The position numbers were made by a program, and so were the translations under genes. The notes under the pieces are model-generated. The model was not told the DNA's origin. It saw only the letters and a list, made by a program, of their open reading frames with translations, and searched no databases. A stretch of DNA of 64,000 bases, taken from the NCBI GenBank assembly GCA_048937405.1, contig JBHLNF010000006.1, positions 64,001 through 128,000 on the forward strand, given 5' to 3'. The DNA comes from Promethearchaeota archaeon. GTDB lineage: Archaea > Asgardarchaeota > Lokiarchaeia > Sigyniarchaeales > SOKP01. Positions 1-10,200 of this stretch are shown here, one piece after another (within the stretch, counting starts at the first letter, position 1; each line of letters begins with the position of its first letter).

Positions 1-392
1 TCAAGATGATTTAATTTACAATTATGATTATTTAAAAGTAAACCTGCTGTGTGAAGTAAATTTATAGTATATGGAAGCTCATTCGAAAATTGTCCTTGAT
101 CATACTGCTCCATAGTATCATCAGGTATGATGACACAATACTCTAGTGGAGTATCATTAATACTACATTTTAAATCAATCTTTCTAGAAAATGGATTTAT
201 TTCCATTCCTGTTTTTTCAAAACCAGTAATTAAACCCCCTGATATAGTAATTCCTTCAGATTCTGAGATTTTTATATTATCTGAAAAGATAATTTTATCT
301 TGATACTTTGATATAATAGATCCTGTGAATTCTCCTTCAATCTTTATAGATTTTAATGAGTCAAATAATACAAAATCAGCTGAATTATTCAT
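1..392 (-). CDS. Hypothetical protein, truncated by the window edge
   Basis: Manual translation: open frame MNNSADFVLFDSLKSIKIEGEF...LLLNNHNCKLNHL runs off position 1. The start may lie slightly upstream. Confidence 0.7.
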   Translation of the reverse strand, partial: MNNSADFVLFDSLKSIKIEGEFTGSIISKYQDKIIFSDNIKISESEGITISGGLITGFEKTGMEINPFSRKIDLKCSINDTPLEYCVIIPDDTMEQYDQGQFSNELPYTINLLHTAGLLLNNHNCKLNHL

Positions 393-527
393 AGGAACTA
401 TTTTAACACCTATATTTTTTACTCTTTGTATTCGAATATTTCAATGTAATATCATTAATATTATATATATATTCTTTTCATATATTTTTAGATAAAGTAT
501 AATATATATAATATTGTCCCTTATAAA

Positions 528-1772
528 ATGGGTTCTTCCATCCTTTCTCAAAATATTACAGATCTTTCCAAACTAGAATTATTAGATAGAGCAAGTCAGT
601 TTATTTTTTCAACTGGTTTAAATGACGCAACTTCAAGATTGTGCAAGGCGAATATGAAATATGGTTTAGGCTCCTTTCAAATAATTCAAGAAAAATATGG
701 ATTTGAACCAAAAGCAGCATTCATATCTTCTCCTGATGAAACTATCTCAAGAAATAAATTCAGATGGAATTCTGGGTTAGGATATGGAGGGAGACTGAAC
801 TGGGGAGATGGAAATAATAAATTAATTTTTCTCAATACAAAACCTAATTGCTGTGGTATTTTAGTTGGAGGTCTAGAAGAAATACCTGATCCTTATACAT
901 TAATTAAGAAAATTGACATTATTAAATCAAAGGGACTTTATCATGATGGAATTCTAATAAATTGGGATTATGGTATATCAAATCATTTTATTAATTGTTT
1001 TGAAACGAAAAATTTATCTGATATTAACCTTCCACCTTATATGTTCTTAATTCATGGAAGTGCACCAGAATTTCGCGACGACAAATACGGAATCGGATTA
1101 TATATTGACAAATCGAAATCATTAAAGGAAATTGCAATTGAGGAAAATACTAAACTGGGAAAACAATATATTTTATTAGATTCAAATGCAAAGGAATATC
1201 TTGATTTTAACAAAAAAGCAATTGAATTTTCAAATAAAAAAAGAGAGATCATTGCTGATAATCTATTTGACTATGGATATAAAACAATATGTAATCAATC
1301 TCATCAATTTTTAAAAGATTATAATAATATGTATTTGGGGAGCAATTGTACAGATACTAACTGTAATTTAATTAAATCAAATATTTTTCCAACAACTCTT
1401 AGAGCAGATATTTCTGCTTATTTATTCCAAGGAAAAAAAAATTTTACTAAAACAACATTAAAAAATGAAAACCTTTTAGAACGTGCCGAGGAATTAGAAC
1501 TTACAGAATTATTGACAAGTGCATGTATTCTTCCTCATGGAGGGGGATATTCCTTTAATGACATTATAGATGTTTTAGATATTTTAGAGTACAAGGATCA
1601 GAGATATTTTGTTACCTCTCTAAAAACGAATATAAGTCGATTAAAAATAATAAGAAATGTAAGTGAGTTACAATTTGAATATAGGGGTCGGGATGTTATT
1701 CTTAAAACAATTCAATTAGATCTTGGAGAAATCATTGCTCGATTGAATCCATTATTTTCATTAAAACTATAA
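528..1772 (+). CDS. rtcB: Divergent RtcB-family RNA ligase-like protein
   Basis: RtcB-like motifs in the expected order: SPD..G.GYGG, NCCG, GISNHFI, IHGS, SHQ, PHGGG, and C-terminal EY...IARLNPLFSLKL (cf. AYK...VARMRPIGVAKG). Confidence 0.75.
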   Translation: MGSSILSQNITDLSKLELLDRASQFIFSTGLNDATSRLCKANMKYGLGSFQIIQEKYGFEPKAAFISSPDETISRNKFRWNSGLGYGGRLNWGDGNNKLIFLNTKPNCCGILVGGLEEIPDPYTLIKKIDIIKSKGLYHDGILINWDYGISNHFINCFETKNLSDINLPPYMFLIHGSAPEFRDDKYGIGLYIDKSKSLKEIAIEENTKLGKQYILLDSNAKEYLDFNKKAIEFSNKKREIIADNLFDYGYKTICNQSHQFLKDYNNMYLGSNCTDTNCNLIKSNIFPTTLRADISAYLFQGKKNFTKTTLKNENLLERAEELELTELLTSACILPHGGGYSFNDIIDVLDILEYKDQRYFVTSLKTNISRLKIIRNVSELQFEYRGRDVILKTIQLDLGEIIARLNPLFSLKL

Positions 1773-1773
1773 T

Positions 1774-3828
1774 TTACTCAATTTTAGCTCCAGGTGGTAA
1801 ATCTTTATCAGGTTTTAAAATTGATACATTTTCACCATCTACTGCAGCAAGAAGCATTCCTTCACTTAAAATACCTCTTAATTTTCTTGGTTCTAAATTA
1901 GTTAAAACAATTATTTTTTTTCCTTTTAAATCATCCGGTTTATAATATTCTGCTAATCCAGCAACCAGAGTTCTTTTTTCACTTCCCAAATCAATAGATA
2001 ATTTATAAAGTTTATCGGCTTTGGGAACTTTTTCAATATTTTCAACTTGTGCGACTCGAATATCTAATTTTTTAAAATCTTCATATGATACCAATTCCTT
2101 CTCACCTTTTTTATTTTTTTTCATATTTTCTAACTTTAAAATTAGTTCATTAATATCTAATTTTTGAAATAGTGGTTTTGGGACTTTGATTTTATGACCT
2201 TCTTTCAGAATATTATCTTTGATGCTATTCCATCTTAATTCTTCTATAGTTTTATTAATATTAAGAAAATCTAATATTTTAGATGATGTTTCAGGAATGA
2301 ATGGTCCTAAGAGAATTGCCAAGGCATAAACTGCTTGAGCACATAGATTAAATACTTGCCCCGCTGCATTTTTATTTTGTTTTATTAGATGCCAGGGCGC
2401 TTTTTCATTTAGGAAAATATTACCTTCTCTCCCAAAATTCACAATTTCCCTCAATGCCTTTCTTAACTCGAAATTCTCTAGTAAATTTCCGATTTTTTCC
2501 GAGATTTCTTCAATCTTTTGAATAAAATCCTTATCAGTATTATCTAATTTTATTCTTTTTGGAATTGTACCATTAAATTGCTTATTTATAAATGTTAAAG
2601 ATCTGTGAATAAAATTACCTATTACATCATTTAGCAATTTTATATTATTTTCAAATTCAGACCATAAAAATGATGTATCACTTTTTTCAGGTCTATTATA
2701 GATTAAATTAAATCTCCAATAATCTAAAGGAGCTAATTGGAGAGCATCATCAATCCAAATACCTATCCCCCTTGATTTCGAAAACTTAGTATTTTCGTAC
2801 ATTAACCATTCTGTTGATGATACATTATAAGGAAATACAAGTTTTTTATCTTCTTTTTTATCATCATTATAGGCTAATATCAATGCAGGAAAAACAATCA
2901 AATGGAAAATGATATTATCTTTACCAATAAAATATACTGTCTTAGTATTAGAATCATTCCAAAAATATTCAAATTTAGACGGTTCATTAATTAATTTCTC
3001 TGCCCATTCCTTAACGGCTGTGATATATCCCAATACGGCTTCAAACCACACATATATAGTCTTATCTTTGGCATTTTCAAATGGAGCAGGAATTCCCCAC
3101 TCCAAATCCCGTGTTATTGCTCGTTCAGGTAAACCTTCATCTATACTATTTAAACACATTTGTCGCGCATTAGGAGGAATAATTTCATTTTTTTCAATTA
3201 GTTCTTTCAATCGATCTTGTAATTTTGGTAGATCTAAATACCAGTGCTTTGTTTTTTTGACTTTTGGAGTATTTCCGCATATAGCACATCTAGGTTTGAT
3301 AAGTTCTAAAGGTGTTAGTAATTTTTGACAAGAATCACATTGATCTCCTCTAGCATCTTCAAATTTACAATGAGGACATATCCCTTCTACAAAACGATCA
3401 GGTAAAAATAAGTTATCAGTTTCGCAATGTAAGGATTCAATTTCTTTTTCAATGATATAACCATTTTTTTGTATATCCAAATACATTTTCTGTACAAAGT
3501 CAATGTGTGTTGGATTATGTGTTATTGTATAATTATCAAAAGAGATTTGCCACTTCTCATGTAAATCTTTAATAATATTATGATATTTAAATGCCAAATC
3601 TTCGGCCGAAACTTTTAGCTTTTTTGCCTCTATAGAAATAGGTGTTCCATGAGAATCCGATCCAGAAACAAACACCACTTCCTCCCCTTTCATCCTTAAA
3701 AATCGAGCAAATACATCCGCTGAAAGAGTACTCCCAATTAAATTGCCTAAATGTGGTACTGCATTTACATAAGGCCAAGCTGATGTAATAATCCATTTTG
3801 AATGATTTTTATTTCCTAATTTAATCAA
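1774..3828 (-). CDS. metG: Methionine--tRNA ligase with C-terminal OB-fold tRNA-binding domain
   Basis: PYVN..PHLGN (HIGH) motif, Zn knuckle, YVWFEA, GKDN, KFSKS (KMSKS) motif, C-terminal LDIRVA...SEGMLLAA domain. Confidence 0.98.
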   Translation of the reverse strand: MIKLGNKNHSKWIITSAWPYVNAVPHLGNLIGSTLSADVFARFLRMKGEEVVFVSGSDSHGTPISIEAKKLKVSAEDLAFKYHNIIKDLHEKWQISFDNYTITHNPTHIDFVQKMYLDIQKNGYIIEKEIESLHCETDNLFLPDRFVEGICPHCKFEDARGDQCDSCQKLLTPLELIKPRCAICGNTPKVKKTKHWYLDLPKLQDRLKELIEKNEIIPPNARQMCLNSIDEGLPERAITRDLEWGIPAPFENAKDKTIYVWFEAVLGYITAVKEWAEKLINEPSKFEYFWNDSNTKTVYFIGKDNIIFHLIVFPALILAYNDDKKEDKKLVFPYNVSSTEWLMYENTKFSKSRGIGIWIDDALQLAPLDYWRFNLIYNRPEKSDTSFLWSEFENNIKLLNDVIGNFIHRSLTFINKQFNGTIPKRIKLDNTDKDFIQKIEEISEKIGNLLENFELRKALREIVNFGREGNIFLNEKAPWHLIKQNKNAAGQVFNLCAQAVYALAILLGPFIPETSSKILDFLNINKTIEELRWNSIKDNILKEGHKIKVPKPLFQKLDINELILKLENMKKNKKGEKELVSYEDFKKLDIRVAQVENIEKVPKADKLYKLSIDLGSEKRTLVAGLAEYYKPDDLKGKKIIVLTNLEPRKLRGILSEGMLLAAVDGENVSILKPDKDLPPGAKIE

Positions 3829-3892
3829 CCTCTCTATTTCAATCTATAAAAAAAAAAAGTATAATACTTTAAATAATTTAAACAAATTAAGA

Positions 3893-4473
3893 GTGAACTA
3901 CATACAGCTTAAAAGCTGTGGCTCCCTACGAGTACGCAACCGCTTCTAGTACGGGTTGGTCTGTTTGTCGTAGAAAACCATTCCATCGTGTTAGGAATGA
4001 TTCCTCGTTCACAGAGGGTTATTGCGATAGGAACTCATAGTTATGCTTTAAGACTAAAAAATGAATCATGAAATTAAGTACAAAGTTGAGATGTTGGTCA
4101 GCATGAGGTCCACAGTCGCATGTAATACTTCTTTTGAAGAATAACCTTTTTTTCAGTTTTCTGTCTTAACAACAGGCTTTTATTGTCTTGGATTCATCAA
4201 TTCTTATTACTCTTTTACCTATTTTTTCTACTTTATAGGTTAAGAATTCGACAAATTTAAACATATAAACTGTTTTTCGAATCGAAAAAGTGAGGATTAT
4301 GTGAGTTTTATTCTTTATGGCATCACCTATTCCTTTTTCTTTAAGTTAATTTCATTTTAATATATTAGAGAACAATTAGTTTAAAACAGAGAGTGTTTAA
4401 TCGTTTAATGATTTTTATTCTTATCCTAAATTCCTCTCATCCTTAAAGGGAGCGATTTTCTTAAGCTATCATG
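3893..4473 (-). mobile_element. Internally deleted IS200/IS605-family element (non-autonomous)
   Basis: Right end with hairpin ACAGCTT-AA-AAGCTGT (3904-3919) finishing in GTTCAC on the minus strand. Degenerate left-end hairpin near 4431-4460, preceded on the minus strand by TTTAT (4474-4478). Contains a tnpB remnant. Confidence 0.8.
4019..4336 (-). pseudogene. tnpB: tnpB 3' fragment (Zn ribbon/RuvC-III region), in-frame stop
   Basis: Translates as [62 protein letters not shown], matching the TnpB C-terminal pattern L.YKA...G..V..V.E..TS..C..CG...C.CG...DRD.NA. TAA at 4166-4168. Confidence 0.85.
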
Positions 4474-4488
4474 ATAAATATTTAGTTG

Positions 4489-5667
4489 TTATGAGGTAAT
4501 TTTTGCTCCACAATACCTGCATGCTTTAATTTCTTTTTTCATTTTTTCGAGGCAAGGTTCGTGGTAATATGCATTACAATTATCACATTGGAATACTTTA
4601 AAATCACCTAAAAAAATACTATGACAATATGAACATGATGAATTAATTCTTTCAATTTCTTCATTAGATATTAGTATCATTTTTGTATCAAGTCTTTCAT
4701 TTATATCAGTAATTATTATTTCTTTGGGTTCTATTGCTTCATCTTTTACCAATTTCAATGCTGCTTTTGGTAATTCTAATAAGAAAAAACAAAAAGGACA
4801 TCTAAATACATTCTCATTATATTCTGTTTTTTTTGCCCACATAGCAGCACAAGAAAGATGCATTGCTCGATCACAATTAGGACAGAAACGTCCCTCACTA
4901 AAAAAATCTGCACCTGTAACTGCTGCCTTAATGGAATGGCAAATCTGACACTTTTCTTGACCTCTATTAGTTCCCTTCATCATTAATCTAATATCTAATA
5001 GAGTTGGTCTTCTTAGTGGTAATGCAATTTCACTAATAAGTGGTGCCTTTTTTTCTTTTTTAATTGGAGAAAAGTAATCGTTAAAATCCTTAATCTCTTT
5101 CTTTGAGGCAAAAACTTCACCAGCATTGATTAATTCTTTTGAATTATCAAAATATCTATATTCTCCTTCGGTATGCTGTGTTATTCTTTTTAAAGAATTA
5201 TCTCCATAATCTTGAGTTCCACCTATCTGACAAGCATCGATAAATACACCTAACCCTTTAGCTATTTTAACAATTGTACTAATTCTACTAGTATCAACCC
5301 TCAATTTATTATCTGTAATGATAAAAATGCGTGAAGTTTTTCCACCAATTTTTCGCATCTCTTCAACAAGTATTTGTAAGGCAAAAGCAATTCCTTCATG
5401 TAATTTCCCTCGACCTGAGATTTGAATATTATTAAGAGCCCTAATTAATTCGCCTTCTTCATATGTAAAATCAACTAATTTCTTGGTTATTTCTCCAAAT
5501 GTTATTATGGAGATTCTATCTTTCATATCTATTGCTAATTTAGATTTAATAAAATTTTTAACTGTTCTCAATTCAATCATTAATCTACTTGGTTTAAAAT
5601 CTTTTCTCAACATAGATCTAGAAGTATCTAAAAGAACAATTGTATCTTCTATTTTTACATTAGGCAA
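4489..5667 (-). CDS. vWA domain protein with two C-terminal RING/PHD-like Zn fingers (Ssl1/p44- and Rpn10-like)
   Basis: N-terminal DTSRSM...DFKPSRL vWA motif and two C4-H-C3 type cysteine clusters. Confidence 0.85.
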   Translation of the reverse strand: MPNVKIEDTIVLLDTSRSMLRKDFKPSRLMIELRTVKNFIKSKLAIDMKDRISIITFGEITKKLVDFTYEEGELIRALNNIQISGRGKLHEGIAFALQILVEEMRKIGGKTSRIFIITDNKLRVDTSRISTIVKIAKGLGVFIDACQIGGTQDYGDNSLKRITQHTEGEYRYFDNSKELINAGEVFASKKEIKDFNDYFSPIKKEKKAPLISEIALPLRRPTLLDIRLMMKGTNRGQEKCQICHSIKAAVTGADFFSEGRFCPNCDRAMHLSCAAMWAKKTEYNENVFRCPFCFFLLELPKAALKLVKDEAIEPKEIIITDINERLDTKMILISNEEIERINSSCSYCHSIFLGDFKVFQCDNCNAYYHEPCLEKMKKEIKACRYCGAKITS

Positions 5668-5754
5668 GAGTTTTCTTGATTTTTCTTGTTTATTGAGATT
5701 TAATAAATTAATAAGATTAAAATCTTATAAATTTCTATATCAACTTAAAATTAT

Positions 5755-7116
5755 TTAACTCTTTAATAATTGATACGCAAATAGTGTATATACTTTAATT
5801 GCATTAATAAAATCTGATATATCAACGTTTTCATTAGTTGTATGGGCAAGCTGCGCATTTCCAGGTCCAAATATTATTGTATTCTGGGTATAATTTCTGT
5901 TTCGATAAAATTTTGCATCTGCACTTCCAGGATACAAAAAATAAAAAGGTTTTTTATTATAAACAATTTCCACAATCGAATAAAAGTCCTTTAAATCTTG
6001 CGAATTTCGCCAATCACTAAAGTAAGATGCTTCACCAGCAGCTTCTAATTCCAGATATACAAATATTTCTTTAGGTAATCCTATCGGTTCATCTTTTATT
6101 TGAAAACCTAGTTCACTAATCAATTTTTTCATACTATCTAAAACCATTTTAGCAGTTTGTCCTGGCAATATTCGAATGTCGATTACAGCCTCACATTGAT
6201 CTGGAACTACATTTGATTTTATTCCTCCCTTAATCATTGTCAAATTTTTCGTAATTTCAGTGTTAGAATCAATAATACTTTGGAGTTGTGGTTGCTCATT
6301 CAAAATTTTCTCAAAAGTATCTCTACTTGGAAAAATAACACTAATCAAATCTTTTAATTCTTCTTTCGATAATGGAGGTTCAATTTTTGGGAATATACTC
6401 TCTAATTTATCCAAATTTTGAATTATTTCACTCATCATATAAATAGCATTTCTTCCCATAATTGGAACAGATGCATGACCTGAAATTCCATTTGTTACAA
6501 TTTTTACAGCAACACGTCCTTTTTCTCCAATAACTACAGCCTTTGATAAGGGATCTATTCCTGTAGGTTCACCAATTACAACAAAATCTAGTTTTTTTGA
6601 TTTTAATACATTTTCCAAACACCATAGTGTCCCTACATCACCAACAACTTCTTCATCAGCAACAGCATTTAGAATTAGATTTCCAGAACTTATAATATCT
6701 AATTTTTTCAGGATTTTAAACGCTATTACCATTGCTGCCAATCCTGATTTCATATCTACTGTTCCTCTCCCAAAGATCTTCCTTTTTGCCTTACTACCTT
6801 TAATAATAGCAGATAAAGGTGGATATTTCCATTCTTCTTCAATTCCTGGTGGTACTACATCCATATGTCCATTATATAAAAGATTTTTATCTTCAAAGTT
6901 ATCATTCAAATAAGCTACTAAATTAGCTCGATTTTCTCCAAAAGGAAATATTTCACATTTTATTCCAGCTTTTTTTAGATAGTTTTCAATCTTTAGTGCT
7001 ACATTTTTTTCATTACCAGGAGGATTGTATGAATTAGATTGGATTAATTCTCTCAAAAATTCAATATATTTTTCGGTATTATTATCAATTTCATTAAGAA
7101 TTAGATCTTCGCTCAT
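5755..7116 (-). CDS. M20 family metallohydrolase (ArgE/DapE-like)
   Basis: GHMDVVP, GRGTVDMKSG, DEE, GEPT, GHAS, AHTTNE motifs. Confidence 0.93.
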   Translation of the reverse strand: MSEDLILNEIDNNTEKYIEFLRELIQSNSYNPPGNEKNVALKIENYLKKAGIKCEIFPFGENRANLVAYLNDNFEDKNLLYNGHMDVVPPGIEEEWKYPPLSAIIKGSKAKRKIFGRGTVDMKSGLAAMVIAFKILKKLDIISSGNLILNAVADEEVVGDVGTLWCLENVLKSKKLDFVVIGEPTGIDPLSKAVVIGEKGRVAVKIVTNGISGHASVPIMGRNAIYMMSEIIQNLDKLESIFPKIEPPLSKEELKDLISVIFPSRDTFEKILNEQPQLQSIIDSNTEITKNLTMIKGGIKSNVVPDQCEAVIDIRILPGQTAKMVLDSMKKLISELGFQIKDEPIGLPKEIFVYLELEAAGEASYFSDWRNSQDLKDFYSIVEIVYNKKPFYFLYPGSADAKFYRNRNYTQNTIIFGPGNAQLAHTTNENVDISDFINAIKVYTLFAYQLLKS

Positions 7117-7264
7117 AAAATTATCTATTATTTTTATTTATGTTATTTGTATTTAAGAAAAATTTAAAACTATATATTATTTAGTTATAACCTACAGCAC
7201 ACTAATAAACTTTAATACTTTTAAATTATTTTATAATTAAAAATTAGAGATCACGGTTATCTTA

Positions 7265-10200
7265 TTGATTCAACGAAAAAAAGAGATAAAACGAATTTTT
7301 GTGGCTTCACTTTTCATCATTGCAATTTTTTTTTCTAATGTTAACTTTCCAAGCAATTATAATACATATCAAAATGATAAAATTGAATCAACTTCAGAGG
7401 ATAATCAATTTAAAGAGATTAATTTGAGCTCCAATCTAAATTTAAGTGATTCTATTACTGGAGTTGGAGATGATCAAAATGTAAGAATTTATGTTAACAA
7501 TAAATCCCAAAATTATAAAAATAATCAAGATTTTTTTGAAATCCCTTCACTTGCTTCGAAAGAAATGGTTCTTACTTATGGGAATTTTAGTTTTGAATTT
7601 CAAAATAATTATACGACGGATTATGTAATAGAAGATGATGATGCCTTATATGTAGATAAAGAAAATACTATAGCTTTTGATTTTAATCCTAGCTATTCAA
7701 ATATATCTTATAATAGTGGTACACCTGTTTATGATGACTTTAGCTTATTAACAGATGATGATGATGATACTTATCTTGAAATAGATTCGACTGGTAGTAT
7801 AATAAATTTCACTATTACAGCAAACTACACTAATACAGAATTTATAATTGATCCCGTAGATAGAAGGGTACAATTTAACAGAACTAACATATTGGCCTTA
7901 ATTTCGAATTTAATTTTCGATCTTAATGCTGATGCAAACCTAACTGTGAGGATAAAGAACATTTCGCAATCGACTTGGGAGGAAGTAATATCTTCACTTC
8001 CAATAAATAGTAGCTTAATTAAACCAGAAATAACAGAAAATATTATTAATGAGAATCTGAATTTTATAAATCTGACAAATATTTGTAATATCCAGTTTAT
8101 TTTTGAAAGACAAAGTGGTAATTTTAAAGCATATCTATATGAATATAAATTAACATCCATATATGCATTCGATTTACCTATAAAAAATGAAACTTATGTA
8201 GCATTAGAGTTTGATTTAAAGGGTGAAGAATCTGCAGTTAATGGTGTTAATTTATGGATAAGGACTCTTAATGTTTCAGAAGCGAGTAAAACACATTTCA
8301 ATATTACTTTATATAGAGCTAATACTACAATTAGAAGAGAAGAATCATTATTAAGACAAAATAGTCTTCGTCCAGACCCAGATAAAGAATTAGATAATAT
8401 TATAGTAGATTCATATAATGGTGATAATTACTCATATTTCGCATTCGATGTTAGTAAAACAGGAAAATTAAATCTTTCTAATTATTTCATCGTAATTAAA
8501 TCTAATAATTCAAACAATGTGTATAGTCTTGTTACTATCCCATATTCTCAATATGGATCAGACGGAGAAACTGAACATCAGTTAAAAATCACTAATGATA
8601 ATGGATATAATTGGATTAATGCTAGAAAAACTATAAAAACAAATAATAAAGATTATTTAACACTACAATTAGATGCAAGCTTATTTACCATAAATGTAAC
8701 CCGAGGTTATATGCCTTCAGATTTTAACATCTCAGGAAGGTATAATCTAACAATTCAAGATTTACCTATAGAAGATTTGGAGGATAGCTCCTCTCCATAT
8801 AATGAAAGTTCATATTTGACATGGGGAATAGGACAATGGATCCATAATTTCACTTATCCTATTAGTGATGAAGGTCTCAATAATTTTACTGTCTCTCTTT
8901 CATGGAATAAAACTAACATAAAGGGATTTCATTTTAATATAACATTATATTCAGTAAATGGATATTGGATTGAAAAAGCTCTTAGTACTTATAGTGCTAA
9001 TTATAATGATAACCCGGAGTGGATTTTTAATTATAATCGAGATAATTCCAGTCAATATTTTACAAACTGGACGTTTTATGAATTATGGTTTATTTATGAA
9101 GATTATTTCAGCGCCCAAAACTTAACAAATCCAGCTAGTCAAGAAATTTTATGGCGCTTAGATGATCAATCATATTTAGATTCTAATCCCAGCAAATATA
9201 AACTAATTGTTCCTAAGAGTTTTTCAAAAAACAGCGGAAATTATTTACTTAATTTAACAAGCTATAATTTCATTCATAAAATGCATAGCTATATTAATTA
9301 TAATGGAACTTTATGGGAAACTAATGGTTTTATGTATGGAGATAATATCTCTATTGGAGTTGAGATTCAGGATCATAATTATAAAGCACCAATAACTGGT
9401 ATTGTTAACGCTACTCTTTTCTACCCAAATGGCACCCGGGTTATCGGAGCAACCTTAAACTCTTCAGATGGTTATATTGATGACTCTACATTAATTTATG
9501 AGTTTGCTAACCGTACAATTTTAAACTTTACAAATAATATTATGGTTTTTGGCCAATATCATTTAGGTTTCTTTTGGTTTAATGGGACAGCAATAGGGTG
9601 TGAGGATATTATATTATACTTAGATACTTATGATGTCGATTTATATAATTTGGAATATAACTCAAATATAAATAAAAATATAATTGATGGAAAAATAGAT
9701 AAAGTTTATCAAAACTTTACATTATTATTAGCCTCTGTTAATGAAACTACAGGACCTTATAATCCTACTTATTATCCAATTAATGACTCTGACATAGATA
9801 CTCAATTAGTTTATGAAATAGGGGATCAAAAAATCCCAATTTTGATTGATGAGTTTAAACAGAGCCAAAATATCTTAAATCCTAATGAAACTGTTGATGT
9901 CAAAGTAACTCTTCGAAATTTATACAATATTTTACCTGTTGATGTAAAAGTTAATGTTAAATTAGTATCATTTGCAAATAATGATTGGATTATAGCTGAA
10001 AACACAAGTAATAGTGTTTTATTAAATTATTCAGGATCATTTAATGATAATTTTGAATATGACATGAAATTAAAGATTCCTAATTTAAATAAATCTACTA
10101 ATATATGGGCAGGTAAAAATAATCCAATAAGATTAGCAGGAGCTAAAACGTTAATTACCGTATTTATCGATGATATTGAAATAGGTACACATGATACGGG

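Noticed and set aside
2909-3796. Short ORFs overlapping metG (and similar overlapping ORFs throughout, e.g. 18135-18644, 28815-29372, 54293-54550)
   Set aside because: They are antisense or off-frame shadows of well-supported genes and have no motifs.
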